Position numbers and translations under genes: made by a program | Shown here: positions 1-14,438 of the stretch, in pieces | How positions within the stretch are numbered: position 1 is the stretch's first letter | Layout of the letters: every line of letters begins with the position of its first letter | Notes under the pieces: generated by a model | Database searches by the model: none | Told to the model about the DNA's origin: nothing | Seen by the model: only the letters and a program-made list of their open reading frames with translations | Source: Eledone cirrhosa | Lineage: Eukaryota | Direction: 5' to 3' | Assembly: GCA_964016885.1 (NCBI GenBank) | Contig: CAXHJY010000782.1 | Location: 1 to 54,589, forward strand | Length of the DNA: 54,589 bases

Positions 1-32
1 CAAGTGTTTTTAGACCTCATATCATGTTACCT

Positions 33-102
33 TATTTTATCTGATGAGAACACAATGTTTGTCCCAGGATGATGTTGTTTTCGAAATGCGCATAATAAAA
101 TA
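33..102 (+). ncRNA. Minimal type-I hammerhead ribozyme (family A) in a PLE terminal-repeat remnant (~1-140)
   Basis: TATTTTAT-CTGATGA-GAAC...TTC-GAAA-TGCGCA-TA-ATAAAATA: 8-bp stem I, intact core, palindromic stem III. Homologous to the minus copy at 22988-23058. Confidence 0.85.
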
Positions 103-140
103 TATGGAACTTTTTTAACCATCTTTTAATTTCTTCTTTA

Positions 141-192
<52 letters not shown>

Positions 193-200
193 CATATATA

Positions 201-1201
201 CAGAATACTAGCTCATTCCATTGCACAGATGGTTCTATAGAAATAGTGGACAGCTTCCGTTACCTGGGTGACAAAATCAGCAGTGGGGGAGGGTGCTCTG
301 AAAGTACAGATGCTAGAGTCAGAACAGGATGGAAAAAGTTCAGAGAGCTTATACCACTATTGGCTGCTAAAGGGTTCTCTCTAAAAATGAAAGGCAGGCT
401 GTATGATGCCTGCATACGAACAGCAATGTTACATGGCAGTGAGACTTGGGCATTGTGTGCAGAGGATATACGCAGACTGGAGAGGAATGAAGCTTGCATG
501 CTCCGCTGGATGTGTAATAGTAATATACGTGAACGGCAAAACATAAACGAACTAAGGGAGAAATTAGGAATAAGAGGGATCAGATGCTGTTTACTCGAGA
601 GAAGGCTACGTTGGTATGGTCACGTGATGCGCATGAAAGACGACAGCTGTATAAAAAAGTGCAGGGCGATAAAAATAGACGGTAGCCACGGAGTAGGCAG
701 ACCCAGAAAAAACTGGACGACTTGATAAATTCCGACCTCACACACTTACACCTCTCCAAGACAATGTCACTGGACCGATATCTTTGGCGCTACAGTTATA
801 CAGAAGACCCACCTTGCCTAAGTACAAAGCGAAACCTACAGTCAGTAGGCACCTCTAACAGAATACACCTCCGCCCCAGCCCCCACCCCATCTACACCAC
901 CCCCTTAAATATGAAGTTATGTTCATACCACAACATCCAGTCCGAAACAAATGAGGTCATGTAGGTGTCACGACAAAAAAAACACACAGTCCATGCTGTA
1001 AAGTGGCCGTGTAGGTAACACGGTAAAAACCTCCCAGTCCACACTGTAAACGTGGTTGGAGTTGGGAAGGGCATCCAGTCGTAGAAAACCCGCCAGACAG
1101 TCCTATACGAGCAAGACAACCAATCTTGCCTCAAGTGGTTAAATTCCCGTCCAAACCCATGCAAGCGTGGAAGATGGACGTTAAACGATGATGATGATGA
1201 T
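201..1201 (+). mobile_element. RTE-clade LINE, 5'-truncated 3' fragment (subfamily I)
   Basis: Encodes VDSFRYLG...RLRWYGHVMRM...GRPRK, homologous to the C-terminus of the 51032-53083 ORF. Frameshift near 720, 3' UTR, (GAT)n tail, flanked by (TA)n. Confidence 0.92.
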
Positions 1202-1279
1202 ATATATAAATATATCTGTATATACACATTTATTGTTATATATTCATAAATACACAGTGATGTATTGATGTATATACCC

Positions 1280-1645
1280 ATACACCTACACACATACACA
1301 TACACACATACACCTACACACACATACACCTACACACATACACCTACACACACATACACCTACACATACTCTCACACATACTCTCACACACATACTCCTA
1401 CACGCACATACTCTCACACATACATACTCTCACACATCCATACTCTCACACACACTCCTACACATACATACCTACACATACATACTCTCATACATACACA
1501 CTCTCACACATACTCCTACACACATACTCTCACACATACTCCTACACACATACTCTCACACATACTCTCACACATACTCCTACACACATACTCTCACACA
1601 TACATACTCTCTCACACACTCCCACACATACATACTCCCACACAT
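1280..1645. repeat. Compound (CA)n-derived low-complexity tract
   Basis: Repeated cacatactct/cacatacacc variants. Confidence 0.85.
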
Positions 1646-2535
1646 ATTTACAGCATTGAAAGATTAACTCATATTCTATGGAAAATATTCAAGAATGAAG
1701 AAGAAAGTTCGATACATAGTTGGTGAATATCAAAGAAAGAATACAGAAGAGTGAAGGACAGATATATCTGTACCATCTTTGTAATGCATGAATGTGAATG
1801 TATTTCCGAAAGATAAATGGAAAGTATGAGAAAGTGAGTGAGAGAGAGGGGGGGGGAGAATGAAAGATAAAGAAATAGAGGGAGACGAAGATTGAGTGAA
1901 AGAGTACTGAAGAACTTCAGTGAAAAGGAAATTGATAGATATACGAAGATAGACAGGTAAAGCAAAAGATAGATGGAATCAGTCAGATATATTGAGATAG
2001 ATAAATACACATTCAGACATTCAAATTGATTGTCAAAAAGATAGATATGTACGACTCTGAGAAACATCTTGCAAATAATAGTAGAAATAAATATGTATAT
2101 ATATATTTATATATATATTTTAGAATGCATAAATAAATGCCAGAGTTGTGCATGTGTATGTATGGACATATGTATGTGTGAATGTATGTATGTTCGTATC
2201 TATATATGTATTTATGTGTTGTGTTCAGTTGAAAGAAGAAACAAATAAAAAATATACATATATGTATTCTTGTGTTAGCTGCGTGTGTATATGTGCAGCC
2301 ACATATAAACAGATGCATGCATATATATAAACATATAAATATACATACACACACATGCATATATATATATATGTATATATATATAGAGTGACTCACATCT
2401 ACTCACACATTTTTCAAATCTAAAGACACATCTTTCTGAGATATTACAATGCTCAACTGAACATTATATGGAGTTAGTGTTTGAATATATTCCACAACTC
2501 GCAAAGGAATGATGTAGTGTATTTCACGTCACTTT

Positions 2536-2613
<78 letters not shown>

Positions 2614-2736
2614 ATATATATTATACAAAGCATATATAGCCATACAGATATTTATTTCAATATCTTGTTTCCACTATATTTAGATATTTAACTGCGACTA
2701 AGAAATTTACTTTCCAAACCACATGATATTAATGTA

Positions 2737-3085
2737 ATTGGCAGTATCGGTAGAGAGTCGGATGCCATGCTTTGCAGCATAGAGTTACGGCCCTTTACGG
2801 TCTGAGTTCAAATCCCTCCAAGGATAACTTAGCCTTTCATCCTTGCTGGCCTTCTGCCAAAAGTAGAAACAATTATCTTAGCCTTCTTATCTAGTGGTGG
2901 TGTGGTAGTATCGGTAGAGGGTCGGACGCCATGCTTTGCAGCATAGAGTTACGGCCCTTTATGGTCTGAGTTCAAATCCTGCCGAGGTTAACTCTGCCTT
3001 TCATCCTTATGGGTTCGATAAAATAAAGTACCAGTAATACACTGGGTAATTGCTGGCCTTGTGCCGATAGTAGAAGCAATTAATT
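2737..3085 (+). mobile_element. Two tandem tRNA-derived SINEs (family 1); first copy internally deleted
   Basis: A box TGGCAGTATCGG, B box GTTCAAATCC, central GCCTTTCATCCTT motif, 3' end GTAGAAACAATTA. Confidence 0.85.
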
Positions 3086-3117
3086 TATACACACACATGC
3101 ACACACACACACACACA

Positions 3118-3166
<49 letters not shown>

Positions 3167-3208
3167 GTGTGTAAATGAGAAAACTATTCGCTGACAACAT
3201 TTAACTGT

Positions 3209-3438
3209 TTTAACCCTTTATCATCTACATTACTCTACTATTATATTTTCATGGTAAAGGTTTTACCTCACATAATCATCTTACATAATATGGAATCTAC
3301 AAGGTTTTGATGATGTTACTATTTATTTTGAGAGCAATACATTAATATCAGTATGAGTGGCCGTTTACGGCTGGTTTGAACAGAAAGAGGTAAGAGCATT
3401 CTGGCCAGATATGGCCGGTTTAAATGCTAAAGGGTTAA
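3209..3438. mobile_element. piggyBac-type MITE
   Basis: TTAA-CCCTTTA...GCTAAAGGG-TTAA ends match the TIR of the piggyBac at 36363-37822. A diverged inverted copy lies at 38888-39110. Confidence 0.75.
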
Positions 3439-3759
3439 CGGTTGTTCTAGCGATGAGTTTTCTCATTTTTATATGTATTCGAATACACACTTGCTTCATC
3501 TATGTCGGAGACAACCTTGTTTTTTCATATATATATATATGTGTGTGTGTATAGTTGAGATGAGAGAAAAGAGAACTCAATACCGAAGTAGAGTTTAAAT
3601 ATTCAGTCTATTAAGGCTAACTATTGAGTCTTCTTACTTTGAAATGTTTCTATTTAGCCTCAATAAAATGAATACATATGTATGTGTATGGGTGTATGTG
3701 TCTATATGTATGTGTGTGCCTGTGTTTTAGTGTTAGCAATTTGATAAATAGATAAAAAT

Positions 3760-3950
3760 AATTGTTTCTACTTTTGGCACAATGCCAGCAATTACCCAAT
3801 GTATTACTGGTACTTTATTTTATCGACCCCGTAAGGAAGAAAGGCAAAGTTAACCTCGGCGGGATTTGAAATCAGAATGGCAAGGGCCGTAACTCTATGC
3901 TGGAAAGCATGGTGTCTGAGCCTCTACCAATACTGTCAATCCACTGCCAT
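3760..3950 (-). mobile_element. tRNA-derived SINE (family 1)
   Basis: Reverse complement of the 26190-26385 and 33775-33965 copies. Confidence 0.85.
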
Positions 3951-4179
3951 AAATAGATAAAAACAATAAACATTAGACTGAAATAATTACTAAGATCAAT
4001 GTAATTGACCAATTCTCTAGAAGGTGGTATCCCATAAAAGATGCAGTCACACAACCAGTAAAAGAGTTTTTCTGGAAGATAAACTATGTCATACAATCTG
4101 TCAGGGTCACTTCTATAAATATCAGACCTTGTCCTCTTCTTCTTTCTCGGAAGGTCTGAAGATGTAGGACCTAGAAATA

Positions 4180-4410
4180 CGCTTGTTGAACTTCTGATCA
4201 CAATGTTGTGAGTACTGTTCCTGGACTGGGTTGTCATTTCCTCTTGCTCCAGTATACTCAGCTGAGAATGAGTACCAGTAATAGCTGGGGGGTTAACCTC
4301 ACAATGGACTGACATTTTGTCCAGGGGTAATTGTGTACTCTCAGTTGCTTCATGCTGCAGAAACCGGGATAAGCACCCACGTTATGAGTCTCTAGGTTCA
4401 AGACAGACTT
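4180..4410 (+). mobile_element. Old SINE with V-domain-like centre (family 4)
   Basis: GGTTAACCTCACAATGGACTGACATTTTGTCCAGGGG...GCTTCATGCTGCAGAAACCGGGATAAG. Related to 15278-15525. Confidence 0.55.
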
Positions 4411-6819
4411 AAAATAAAATGAACCGGTCTTCAGATGAGACCAAGGATACTTTAACAATCCCACCAATCCACTGTCTCTAAATTAGTATTTCATTTATCA
4501 ACTGTGAAAACATGAAAGGCTGAGTTGAACTTGACAGGACATTAACACAGCATATAAAAAGAAGAAACAAATACCAAGGCATTTATTGAACAATCTAATC
4601 CCCTGATTAATTAATAAAATAGGTATTAAAGCTAGAGGCAACAAATTGGTAGAGTCACTGGAATGTCAGATAGATTACTTTGTGGCATTCATTTCGACTT
4701 TCTGCTCTCAAATCCTGCTGAGGCCAACTTTACCTTTCAAGCTGATAAAAAAGTATCAGTCTAGTATTGGGGTAAGTTCTTCTTCTAATATCTCTTCCTC
4801 ATTTCCATTCTCTCACTCTATCCTTCTCTAGAAGAAGTCTGCTATATTCAGACCTGGAGAGGAGATTAGCTCCACCAGGTTTTTTAAAAAATACCCTAGA
4901 AATGCTGTATGTCACTACAGTTCTCCTACAACTCCATCGGGAGTTAAAGGACCCTGCATGCATTAAAGCTAGATATAGACTAAGAAATATGGTTATAGTA
5001 TTCCTTTGTTATTGTAAACCTTAAACTGACATTGAATATTTGCAGCACAATTGAAATTTTATATCATAAACGTAATTCTATCTTCTATACCATATGTAAT
5101 GTTGTTTCCTTACAACAGCACAAAATTTAGGGGGAGCAAAGGAACAGTTAATTATTTTGACCCCTGTACTTGACTGATACTTTACTTCTTCAACCACAGA
5201 AGGATGAAATACAAAGTGAAGCTTGACAAGATTTAAACTCAGAATATAATAGAATGTAACTAAATACCAGAAAATATCCAACACGGAATCTTCTAGATGG
5301 GGTCAATAGTCTCAATAAATGATCATCTACCAGTAATTCTCATTGTTGTTCTGAGAAATACTAAATATTAGAAAATATCACACAACATGAATAGAAACAA
5401 AATTGTATCTTTCTCTTATGGCACTTCTATGGTCTTTAGACAGGCACCAGTAATACATAATCTCATTTATTATAACGTATAAATCTGAGAGTTTGTACCT
5501 AGTCATAGGAGAAAATGTGATCAATATTTTCCCCTTTTTTATTCAGGAAATCTGAATATAACTGTGAATAAATAGATAATATTTTGCTGTAAAAGTTTTG
5601 CTTCAATATGAGAGAAGAATTCCAATAGTTTTTGGATAGATAGTCTGAAGAGAGCTTGAGTCAGCTGACATTATTGAATTCTGAAGTAAGCTGTCAATTC
5701 TATGTTCTCATGTAAATGTTCCTAATATATTTTCTTATATCAATATCTGATAAGGAATTAGAATGGCTTTCATAAATGAGGTCTAAACCTGTTTGTGTTT
5801 GGTTAGTTAGTTTGTGGAAAGTAAATGTCCTGATTTTAAAGCTCATTTGAGAAAACGAGAAACAGATAACATAATAAGAACATAATAAGGTATATTAATC
5901 TGAGAAATTTTAGACATTTCACTGGCTTTAGAATTTACAGTTTGGAACAAATAAGAACGAAGATTCTAACAATGCAATGAGATATTGTTTCTTTCAGACA
6001 GAAAATAGATAGATAAATAAATAGATAACTAAATAGATAAGTAAAAAAAAAGAAAGGAAAGATATCTCCAATAATATTTCTGTGATATATACACTGAAGT
6101 TTTTCAGAACTCAGATATCAACTAATTTGGGATAATGCCAAAGAAAAGGAAACACAAAAGGAATGCAAACAACAGTGGAAGAAGAAAGAAAGAAAATTAA
6201 CAAACAACAAAAATATTGATACTTACATGGATCTGAGGAATCCTTGGCACATAATGTACAATTGATTTATTTTTTTATGATTATTTGCGACATCAGTGAT
6301 GGTGAGGGGTTGTAGGTTGTGTGAGATGATGAAGAAGGAGAGAAAACTATTTGTTATATACAACCAATAGAAAACAGTTTTCCTCTTCTCAAATGTTTGA
6401 ATAAGATTTGTAACCAGGAAAATTTTCTGACCTTTGGGTAAAATCTATACAAATTTGCTTTGTAACTGAATCAATACTATCTGAACCGTATGTATTAACA
6501 TACAAGAGTGTATGTTTGATATTACCATTTACAAAATCTACCCACAACAGATATACTTCTACAATATCCTCGCAAATAAAGATATGCATTTCCCAGCAGT
6601 TGTACGGCTATGTAGCTGATCTGCTCTTCAATAAACATTGTCTCTTACTACCGGACGAAAATGATACTTATATGCCTGGTATAATCTAATGTTTGTTTTT
6701 GCGAGAATTGGCGACATTGTATTCCAGAGATAAGTTTACATTTTCTTTGGAGAATTCTTGTATGTATTTATGTATGTACATAATGTGTATGTGTGTTTAT
6801 GTGTCTATGTATGTATATA

Positions 6820-6864
<45 letters not shown>

Positions 6865-7002
6865 ATATGTGTGTGTGTGTGTATATGTATATATATATAC
6901 ATATATACATATACACATGTGTATGTTTGTATAAATATATATATATATATATACACATATATATACATATATACACATATATACATATATAGGTGAGTAT
7001 AA

Positions 7003-7041
<39 letters not shown>

Positions 7042-7397
7042 TATTTACATATATAGGTGTGTATATATATATATACACACATATATACATATATAGGTGT
7101 GTGTATGTATATATATATATATATATATTCCATTTCTTTTCCCAAATTACATTATATACACATGCTTTTCTTTATTTTGGGATTGTTCCAAACAGCCAAC
7201 TTATGTTAAAGGACAAATCTTGAAGAAGGTAAATTAAAACGAAAAAAAAAACAATAAACAAAAAAAAAGACAACTCCATTGTCACAGAAGATATTTATTA
7301 TCTATTGGAAATGATTTTGTGAAGATACTTCTGGCATGGAATAATGGTTGGTTTGAATGGCAAAATAAAACTTTTGTTGATTAGAATGCTTATAACG

Positions 7398-7669
7398 CTA
7401 TGAGAAAGGTCCCTTTGGTACTTTTATTTGCGGCTTGTTGTAGGATGTAAAACTGTTCCTCATCGGCAAATTCCAAGATTGCGGTAAGGTGAGATTGTTA
7501 CTGTCCACTTGTGTTGTTGACTTTAAGTTAATGACATTATTGCTCTGAGAAAACTGACTGGCATTAGATCCAGTAGTAGCATCAACATCCTTAGACCTGG
7601 AGACAGTTTGTGTTAAAGACTGCCGTTCACTAGTGTTATACGACTCTTCTTGATGGCAAAATTTAAAAC
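7398..7669 (-). CDS. Terminal coding exon of an unidentified host gene
   Basis: Polypyrimidine tract plus tttcag acceptor at 7670-7672. Open phase-1 frame (G)FKFCHQEESYNTSERQSLTQ...YNKPQIKVPKGPFS* ending at TAG 7398-7400. Phase matches the exon at 16791-16911. Confidence 0.72.
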
Positions 7670-9144
7670 CTGAAACAAAACGAGGAAAAAAAAAAAAGAC
7701 AAGAAAGAAAGAATAAATAATTAAATAAATAAATACATAAATAAAAAATAAGTGAAAATAAAATAAATAGGTAAAACAAGATAATGAAAGGTTGATTGCT
7801 GGAATGTAAAAGAATGCAGTTAAAGAGAGTTCGCAAATATAGGTTGGAGAAGGAGCGCAAGAAGTGGGATAGGAGAGATCGATTTAGTGCTGTTGCTATT
7901 GTTGTTGTTGTTGTTGCTGTTGTTGTTGTTGCTTGCTTTTATTTATTTTTTTAATCAGTAGCAAGAAAGATACGAAGCACTGATTACAAGATAACGGCAG
8001 AGAGAGAAGTGGAGAATGATATTGCATTGCTAAAATGTCTAATCAAAGACAGAAGTTAGGAATTTCTAAAAGAGACCAGAATTGCAAATGAGAATTGTAA
8101 TCGAGACCACGAAACTTAATTTGATTTCCCAATCAAGAGCAAGATGACAATAGAAGCAGGAACAAATCAAATTAGAAGAATCTAGAATATTTCTGGGGAA
8201 TGGGTGAGAAGGTAGCGAGAAGGTGGGGAGGTAAAATGACAAGTGAATCACAGGCAAAGACTTCAGTCAGAAAATATAAACAGAAAAGAGAAAATGTTGA
8301 AGCCAAGAAAAAGATTAATACTGTTGTATATTAAAGGTGTGCAAGGAAAGATGTGTGACTCCCATCTTTTCAGACACTCTTTTCTTTAGGTTAATTTTTT
8401 CATTTCAATTTGTTGTCATTTGTGTGTTGTTATTCTTGTTGTAGTTGGTGATATTTTGTTGTTGTTGTTGGTGATATTTTGTTGTTATTGTTGGTGATAT
8501 TTTGTTATTGTTGTTGGTGATATTTTGTTGTTGTTGTTGGTGATATTTTGTTATTTGTTGTTGTTATTCACTTTGTTGTTGGTAATATCTATTTTGCTGT
8601 TGTTGTTATTGTTGTTCTATTTCTTTCTGTTCATTACTTTAACTCTGTCTTATTTTTCTCCTCCTCCTCCCTCTTCAGTTTCTCTATAGCTCACTCTTAC
8701 CGTTGTTGTTGTTGTTGTTGCTTGTGATACAGTTTATAAATTTGCTCTAGTCTAAGTATTACAAACATCAAAGTTGTCTTCAGGTTTGCTTGCTGCCTGT
8801 GTGGTGGGGCATGGTGGGGTGTGGTGGCATGGTGGGGTGTGGTTACTCTCTATTTTGTCTATCGTTCATATTTTCTTCATCGTTTAGTATGAAGGAAGTG
8901 TGAGGAAGCTTAATAATAACCCCGATAGTGATCAATTTAAAGACATCAATCAATATCTCCCATTATCAATAATGTTAGAGACATGCAAGACCTCGGCTAA
9001 AACTTTCAATTTGATAATTGCACCGGACTGTTTTCTAATTGGATAAGCAGTCAGTTAAGTGCTGACCATCCACACTGTTACTAGATTGAATATCCAATAT
9101 TTATTACACTCTAATGTAAATATATCACACATGTATGAACAGAG

Positions 9145-9230
9145 AGAAGCTGACAGACAGGCAGAGAGAGAGAGATGGGTAGAGAGACTGAGAGAGAGAG
9201 AGAGAGAGAGAGAGGGGGGATAGACAGACT

Positions 9231-9262
<32 letters not shown>

Positions 9263-9590
9263 TGGGTAGACAGACTGAGAGAGAGAGAGAGAGAGAGAGA
9301 TGGGCAGACAGACTGAGAGAGAGATAGAGAGGCAAAGAGAGAGAGTGAGAAAGGATAGACAGACTGAGAGAGAGAGAGAGAGAGAGAGATGGGTAGACAG
9401 ACTGAGTGAGAGAGAGATAGAGAGAGGCAGAGCGAGAGGATAGACAGACTGAGAGAAAGAGATAGAGAGAGGAAGAGACAGAGAAATGGGTAGACAGACA
9501 GAGAAAGAGGGAGGCAGAGAGAGAGATAAAGATGGGTAGATAGAGAAGCAATAGAGAGTGGGAGAAATGAAAGAGAGAGAGAGAGAGTGT
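9145..9590. repeat. Compound (GA)n minisatellite
   Basis: Repeats of gatgggtagacagactgagagaga. Confidence 0.9.
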
Positions 9591-9769
9591 GACATAAAAC
9601 ATGTGGAAGTAGATGAACACATAAATATGACTTGACAACCTGAATATATATATATGTGTGTGTGTATATATATATGTGTATATATATATGTGTATATATA
9701 TATATGTATATATATATACATATGTATACGATATTAAACAAATGGAAACTATATTTATAAAACCATATT

Positions 9770-9835
9770 TATTTCGTTATATACATTTCTGGGATATCAT
9801 ATTAAAAATATGTTATGCCTTCCTCAGACAAAATA
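9770..9835 (-). ncRNA. Hammerhead ribozyme motif (family A)
   Basis: Minus strand reads TATTTTGT-CTGAGGA-...-GAAA-TGTATA-TA-ACGAAATA. Stem II closing pair is mismatched. Confidence 0.65.
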
Positions 9836-9949
9836 CAATACATAAGCTGTTTTATAAATAATTAGTGACATACCAAAGTTGATTTTTAAAAGGAAGTTGC
9901 ATTATTACAAGGTATGTCACTAATTATTTATAAAACAGCTTATGTATTG

Positions 9950-10015
9950 TATTTTGTCTGAGGAAGGCATAACATATTTTTAATATGATATCCCAGAAAT
10001 ATATATAACAAAATA
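9950..10015 (+). ncRNA. Hammerhead ribozyme motif (family A)
   Basis: TATTTTGT-CTGAGGA-...-GAAA-TATATA-TA-ACAAAATA. Compensatory G-C in stem I relative to other family A copies. Confidence 0.7.
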
Positions 10016-10195
10016 AATATGGTTTTATAAATATAGTTTCCATTTGTTTAATATCGTAAACCTACTCCAGAAACTGTTGAGTGCTTTTATATCAGTTATA
10101 AAATATTTACTCGTTGTAACCCAACAATCTTAAATAAAACTTTTGCATACATATGTATATATATATATATATACACACACACATATATGCATATG

Positions 10196-10230
<35 letters not shown>

Positions 10231-10238
10231 CCATATGC

Positions 10239-10281
<43 letters not shown>

Positions 10282-10451
10282 TACACACACACATATATAT
10301 ATGCATATGTATATATATATATATGTATATATGTGTGTGTGTATATATATATATACATATGTATATATATATGTATATATATATATATGTATATATATAT
10401 ACACACACATATATATGTATATATATATAAATATAAATATATGTATATATG

Positions 10452-10498
<47 letters not shown>

Positions 10499-10612
10499 GT
10501 ATATATGTATATATATAAATATTTATATATACATATATATATATACATATATATAAACATATATATATATACACCCATGCTTGGTGGAAAGTGGCCATTA
10601 AACGAGGATGAT

Positions 10613-10657
<45 letters not shown>

Positions 10658-10748
10658 ACACACACATGTTGACAACTGACTTCAAAAACGTCTAGGGTGG
10701 CATCTCAACCGACTGCACCTGTTGTGAGAACATGATGATGAAATATTA

Positions 10749-12003
10749 TATGTGGACAGAGAATGTTTGGAAGCCCATCAGATGGACTGCATCTATAACT
10801 CAAAGGACATACCCTCGGCTTGAACCATACCTTGTAAATGTAGACAGAGAATGTTTGGAAGCCCATCAGATGGACTGCATCTATAACTCAAAGGACATAC
10901 CCTTGGCTTGAACCATACCTTGTAAATGTAGACAGAGAATGTTTGGAAGCCCATCAGATGGACTGCATCTATAACTCAAAGGACATACCCTTGGCTTGAA
11001 CCATACCTTGTAAATGTGGACAGAGAATGTTTGGAAGCCCATCAGATGGACTGCATCTATAACTCAAAGGACATACCCTTGGCTTGAACCATACCTTGTA
11101 AATGTAGACAGAGAATGTTTGGAAGCCCATCAGATGGACTGCATCTATAACTCAAAGGACATACCCTTGGCTTGAACCATACCTTGTAAATGTGGACAGA
11201 GAATGTTTGGAAGCCCATCAGATGGACTGCATCTATAACTCAAAGGACATACCCTTGGCTTGAACCATACCTTGTAAATGTAGACAGAGAATGTTTGGAA
11301 GCCCATCAGATGGACTGCATCTATAACTCAAAGGACATACCCTTGGCTTGAACCATACCTTGTAAATGTAGACAGAGAATGTTTGGAAGCCCATCAGATG
11401 GACTGCATCTATAACTCAAAGGACATACCCTTGGCTTGAACCATACCTTGTAAATGTAGACAGAGAATGTTTGGAAGCCCATCAGATGGACTGCATCTAT
11501 AACTCAAAGGACATACCCTTGGCTTGAACCATACCTTGTAAATGTAGACAGAGAATGTTTGGAAGCCCATCAGATGGACTGCATCTATAACTCAAAGGAC
11601 ATATCCTCGGCTTGAACCATACCTTGTAAATGTAGACAGAGAATGTTTGGAAGCCCATCAGATAGACTGCATCTATAACTCAAAGGACACACCCTCGGCT
11701 TGAACCATACCTTGTAAATGTAGACAGAGAATGTTTGGAAGCCCATCAGATGGACTGCATCTATAACTCAAAGGACATACCCTTGGCTTGAACCATACCT
11801 TGTAAATGTAGACAGAGAATGTTTGGAAGCCCATCAGATGGACTGCATCTATAACTCAAAGGACATACCCTCGGCTTGAACCATACCTTGTAAATGTAGA
11901 CAGAGAATGTTTGGAAGCCCATCAGATGGACTGCATCTATAACTCAAAGGACATACCCTCGGCTTGAACCATACCTTGTAAATGTAGACAGATAATGTTT
12001 GGA
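10749..12003. repeat. 88-bp tandem repeat, ~14 copies
   Basis: Unit gacagagaatgtttggaagcccatcagatgg...ccataccttgtaaatgta. Near-identical copies, no spacers. Confidence 0.97.
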
Positions 12004-12839
12004 TAGAATGTAATATATAAGCATATAATTCAAAGAGCTGACCGTGCCTCACATTGTGTCAGTTTGAATCTCCCTGAGAATTATATTATGGCTGTTCATA
12101 TATGTAGATAGTTGTATGTTAATTCAATGAGTTGGCCATTCCTATGTTTGAATAACTGGAACACCTATTATCAAAGATGATAAAGGTCTATTTACTTTAT
12201 TGGTCTAGTCAGGCAACTAATGTCACTCTAGAGTCTAGAATATATATATACATATATAAACTTATACATATATATATACATATATAAACTTATATATATA
12301 TATATATATAAATAAACATATACATACATATATATATATATAAATAAAATTTTATATAAACTTTTATATATATATATATATATATGAACTTATACATATA
12401 TATATATAAATATATATATTTATATAAACTTATATAATATATATAAAAAGTTATATATATATCGTAGACAAGAGAGGTAAGCTAGTAATTCCAGACTTGT
12501 GTTGTAACAATGTTCTAGAATATTACTGATGTGTCTAGTAGGTGTTTATGGGTGATTGGACATTTAGTTATTAGAGGCCAAATATGTTGAAGAAATCATA
12601 TCATATGTGTGTATATGCATATATACATACACACACACATATATATATATATATACATATGTATACACACACATTCATATATATATCTATATGTACTTAC
12701 ACATACATGCATACACATATATGTAGAGATATACACATATATATATTTATATACTTTTATGTGTGGGTGGAGTGTATGTACAAGCGTATATACATACACT
12801 CATAGATATAATATATATATATACACATATGTATATATG

Positions 12840-12872
<33 letters not shown>

Positions 12873-13449
12873 CGATATGTACTTACACATATGTACACAC
12901 ACACACATATTTATATACTTTTATGTGTGGGTGTAGTGTATGTACAAGCATATATACATACACACATAGATATAATATATATATACATATGTATACACAC
13001 ACACACGTATATATATATGCATATGTACTTTAATGTGTGGGTGTGGTGTATATATTTGTATGTGTATGTATATATATGTTTAACTATGTACTATGTACGG
13101 ATATATGAATGAATGTCTGTATGCATCTCCAAATATAAGTACGACATAAATATATTATATTGAAAATGGTGGTCATTATTGGTGATTTACTATTGATATA
13201 AGCTGTTCTGCACAAATATTTAAGAATGTAACGGAATATAAGTATGCCCATGGGCAAACTTGACACAACTGTAAGTTCAGTTTGAATTGATGGTTCAAAT
13301 AAAATAACCATTATCAGAAAGTGAAGCCATGCATCGAATTCTTATTGGGAATCAACTCTCATTATGTAGAAATGTAGAAATGTGAAAGATACTGCACCAC
13401 CATGGAAACTCTACCTTACATTACTAGAACAGATAGGCAACTTGTACAG

Positions 13450-13925
13450 ACGCACACACACACTGGCATACACATATAAGAACATAAGCACACATATATA
13501 TATACAGACACACACACACTGGCATACACATATAAGAACATAAGCACACATATATATATACAGACACACACACACACTGGCATACACATGTAAGAACATA
13601 AGCACACATATATATATATATACAGACACACACACACTGGCATACACATATAAGAACATAAGCACACATATATATATACAGACACACACACACACTGGCA
13701 TACACATGTAAGAACATAAGCACACATATATATATATACAGACACACACACACTGGCATACACATATAAGAACATAAGCACACATGTATATATACAGACA
13801 CATGCACACTGGTATACACATATAAGAGCATAAACACACACATATATATACAGACACACACACACATTGGCATACACATATAAGAACATAAGCGCACATA
13901 TATATACAGATACACACACATGTCC
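13450..13925. repeat. ~52-56-bp minisatellite, ~9 copies
   Basis: (CA)n-ctggcatacacatataagaacataagcacaca-(TA)n-caga units. Confidence 0.9.
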
Positions 13926-14104
13926 ACACTGTGAAGTAGTTGGTGATAAGAAGAGCATCCAGCCAGTAAAAACCCAGTCAAAATAACCCATTCAACCCAT
14001 GCAAGCATGGAAAAGCAGACTTAAAAACGATGATAAGGATATATATGTGTATATATACATGTAAGTATGCGAGAAATAAGAAAAAAAATATATACATATA
14101 TATA

Positions 14105-14258
14105 TATGAAAGGATTCAGGGTCCCGATGGCTGAGTTCCGGCTGTCTCGACAGCTGTTAGGGGTCCTGAATCATTTCATGTTACCCACTCTACTACCCCA
14201 AGTATCAAGTACTCTGATCGGTTATGGTCTACCCGGTATCTTACCACACCCTCTCTGA
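14105..14258 (+). mobile_element. PLE-like terminal remnant (family D)
   Basis: Homologous to the minus copy at 19380-19495. Short internal inverted repeat and a decayed ACTC...TTGAGT motif. In (TA)n. Confidence 0.5.
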
Positions 14259-14335
14259 TATATATATAGTGGTAGAACACTGGAAGGTAATATCCGTAGT
14301 GGTAGAGCAGTCAGTCCATGGGACGAGTTTGGTAG

Positions 14336-14438
14336 AAGTGGTTACACAGTTAGTTCACCATGCCGAGAACAATTGTAGATCCACTAAGGTGAAACAATTG
14401 TTCTCGGTATGGTGAACTAACTGTTGTGTAACCACTTC
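14336..14438. repeat. Inverted repeat (~42-bp arms) containing GAAACAATTG, a possible 3' half of a family E hammerhead
   Basis: gaagtggttacac...gagaacaattgt / acaattgttctcgg...gtgtaaccacttc. Confidence 0.65.

Larger units (their letters stand above)
9727..10146 (+). mobile_element. PLE-like inverted-repeat element (family A): arms 9727-9874 and 9911-10058, plus 3' tail
   Basis: 148-bp near-perfect inverted arms, 36-bp spacer, a hammerhead in each arm, tail shared with 25383-25470. Embedded in (TA)n. Confidence 0.8.

Noticed and set aside
9055-9110. Alternative terminal exon ECNKYWIFNLVTVWMVST* (phase compatible)
   Set aside because: Weak acceptor, very short, no independent support.
10749-12003. 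88-bp array as a CRISPR array or a hammerhead-bearing satellite
   Set aside because: No unique spacers and no cas genes. The minus-strand CTGATGGGCTTCCAAAC lacks the A9 and GAAA core residues.
13170-13200. VIIGDL resembling a LINE APE endonuclease motif
   Set aside because: Too short and immediately followed by stops.
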